Shown piece by piece: positions 24,079 to 24,141 of a stretch of 24,141 nucleotides of DNA. Source of the DNA: Candidatus Sumerlaeia bacterium. GTDB lineage: Bacteria > Sumerlaeota > Sumerlaeia > SLMS01. Each line of letters opens with the position of its first letter. Within the stretch, counting starts at the first letter, position 1. Made by a program: the position numbers and the translations under genes. The stretch lies in the NCBI GenBank assembly GCA_038208905.1, contig JBBQYG010000052.1, forward strand, positions 1-24,141. The letters are read 5' to 3'. The notes beneath the pieces are model-generated. The model was not told where the DNA came from. It ran no database searches and worked only from the letters and a program-made list of their open reading frames with translations.

Positions 24079-24141
24079 CGGCCCATGTGTGTGGTCGCCG
24101 GCGCCAACCGCGCTCTCAACAGCTTGCGCAACCACTCCCTC

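Overview
High-GC bacterial DNA, probably from a metagenomic assembly; the taxon cannot be fixed from the sequence alone. From left to right: (1) the 3' part of a DUF6798-like membrane protein, convergent with a thiS-thiG pair; (2) a stand-alone MlaD/MCE gene; (3) a seven-gene co-directional cluster (3645-10177) built around an MglA-type small GTPase. It contains four different Roadblock/LC7 proteins (TPR-fused, membrane-fused, stand-alone and a canonical MglB), an MglA with an extra ~200-aa C-terminal part, a DUF4388 protein with tandem MshEN-type c-di-GMP motifs, and an atypical receiver protein with a long helical region and a C-terminal membrane anchor; (4) a lone microcompartment vertex gene (EutN/CcmL) divergent from a DHDPS-fold protein that seems to lack the catalytic lysine; (5) a translationally coupled surface-polysaccharide operon (FkbM methyltransferase, three GT4, Wzx flippase, a GT2-GT2 fusion, an O-antigen ligase/polymerase-like protein, YfhO); (6) a convergent membrane-protein gene running into a poly-C tract that is probably a sequencing artefact. 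Degenerate 10-bp and 9-bp tandem arrays, several arranged as inverted arms, fill the intergenic junctions, and at two junctions they supply the stop codons of both convergent genes. The best candidate for an undescribed system is the expanded, membrane-tethered, possibly c-di-GMP-responsive Mgl/Roadblock module.
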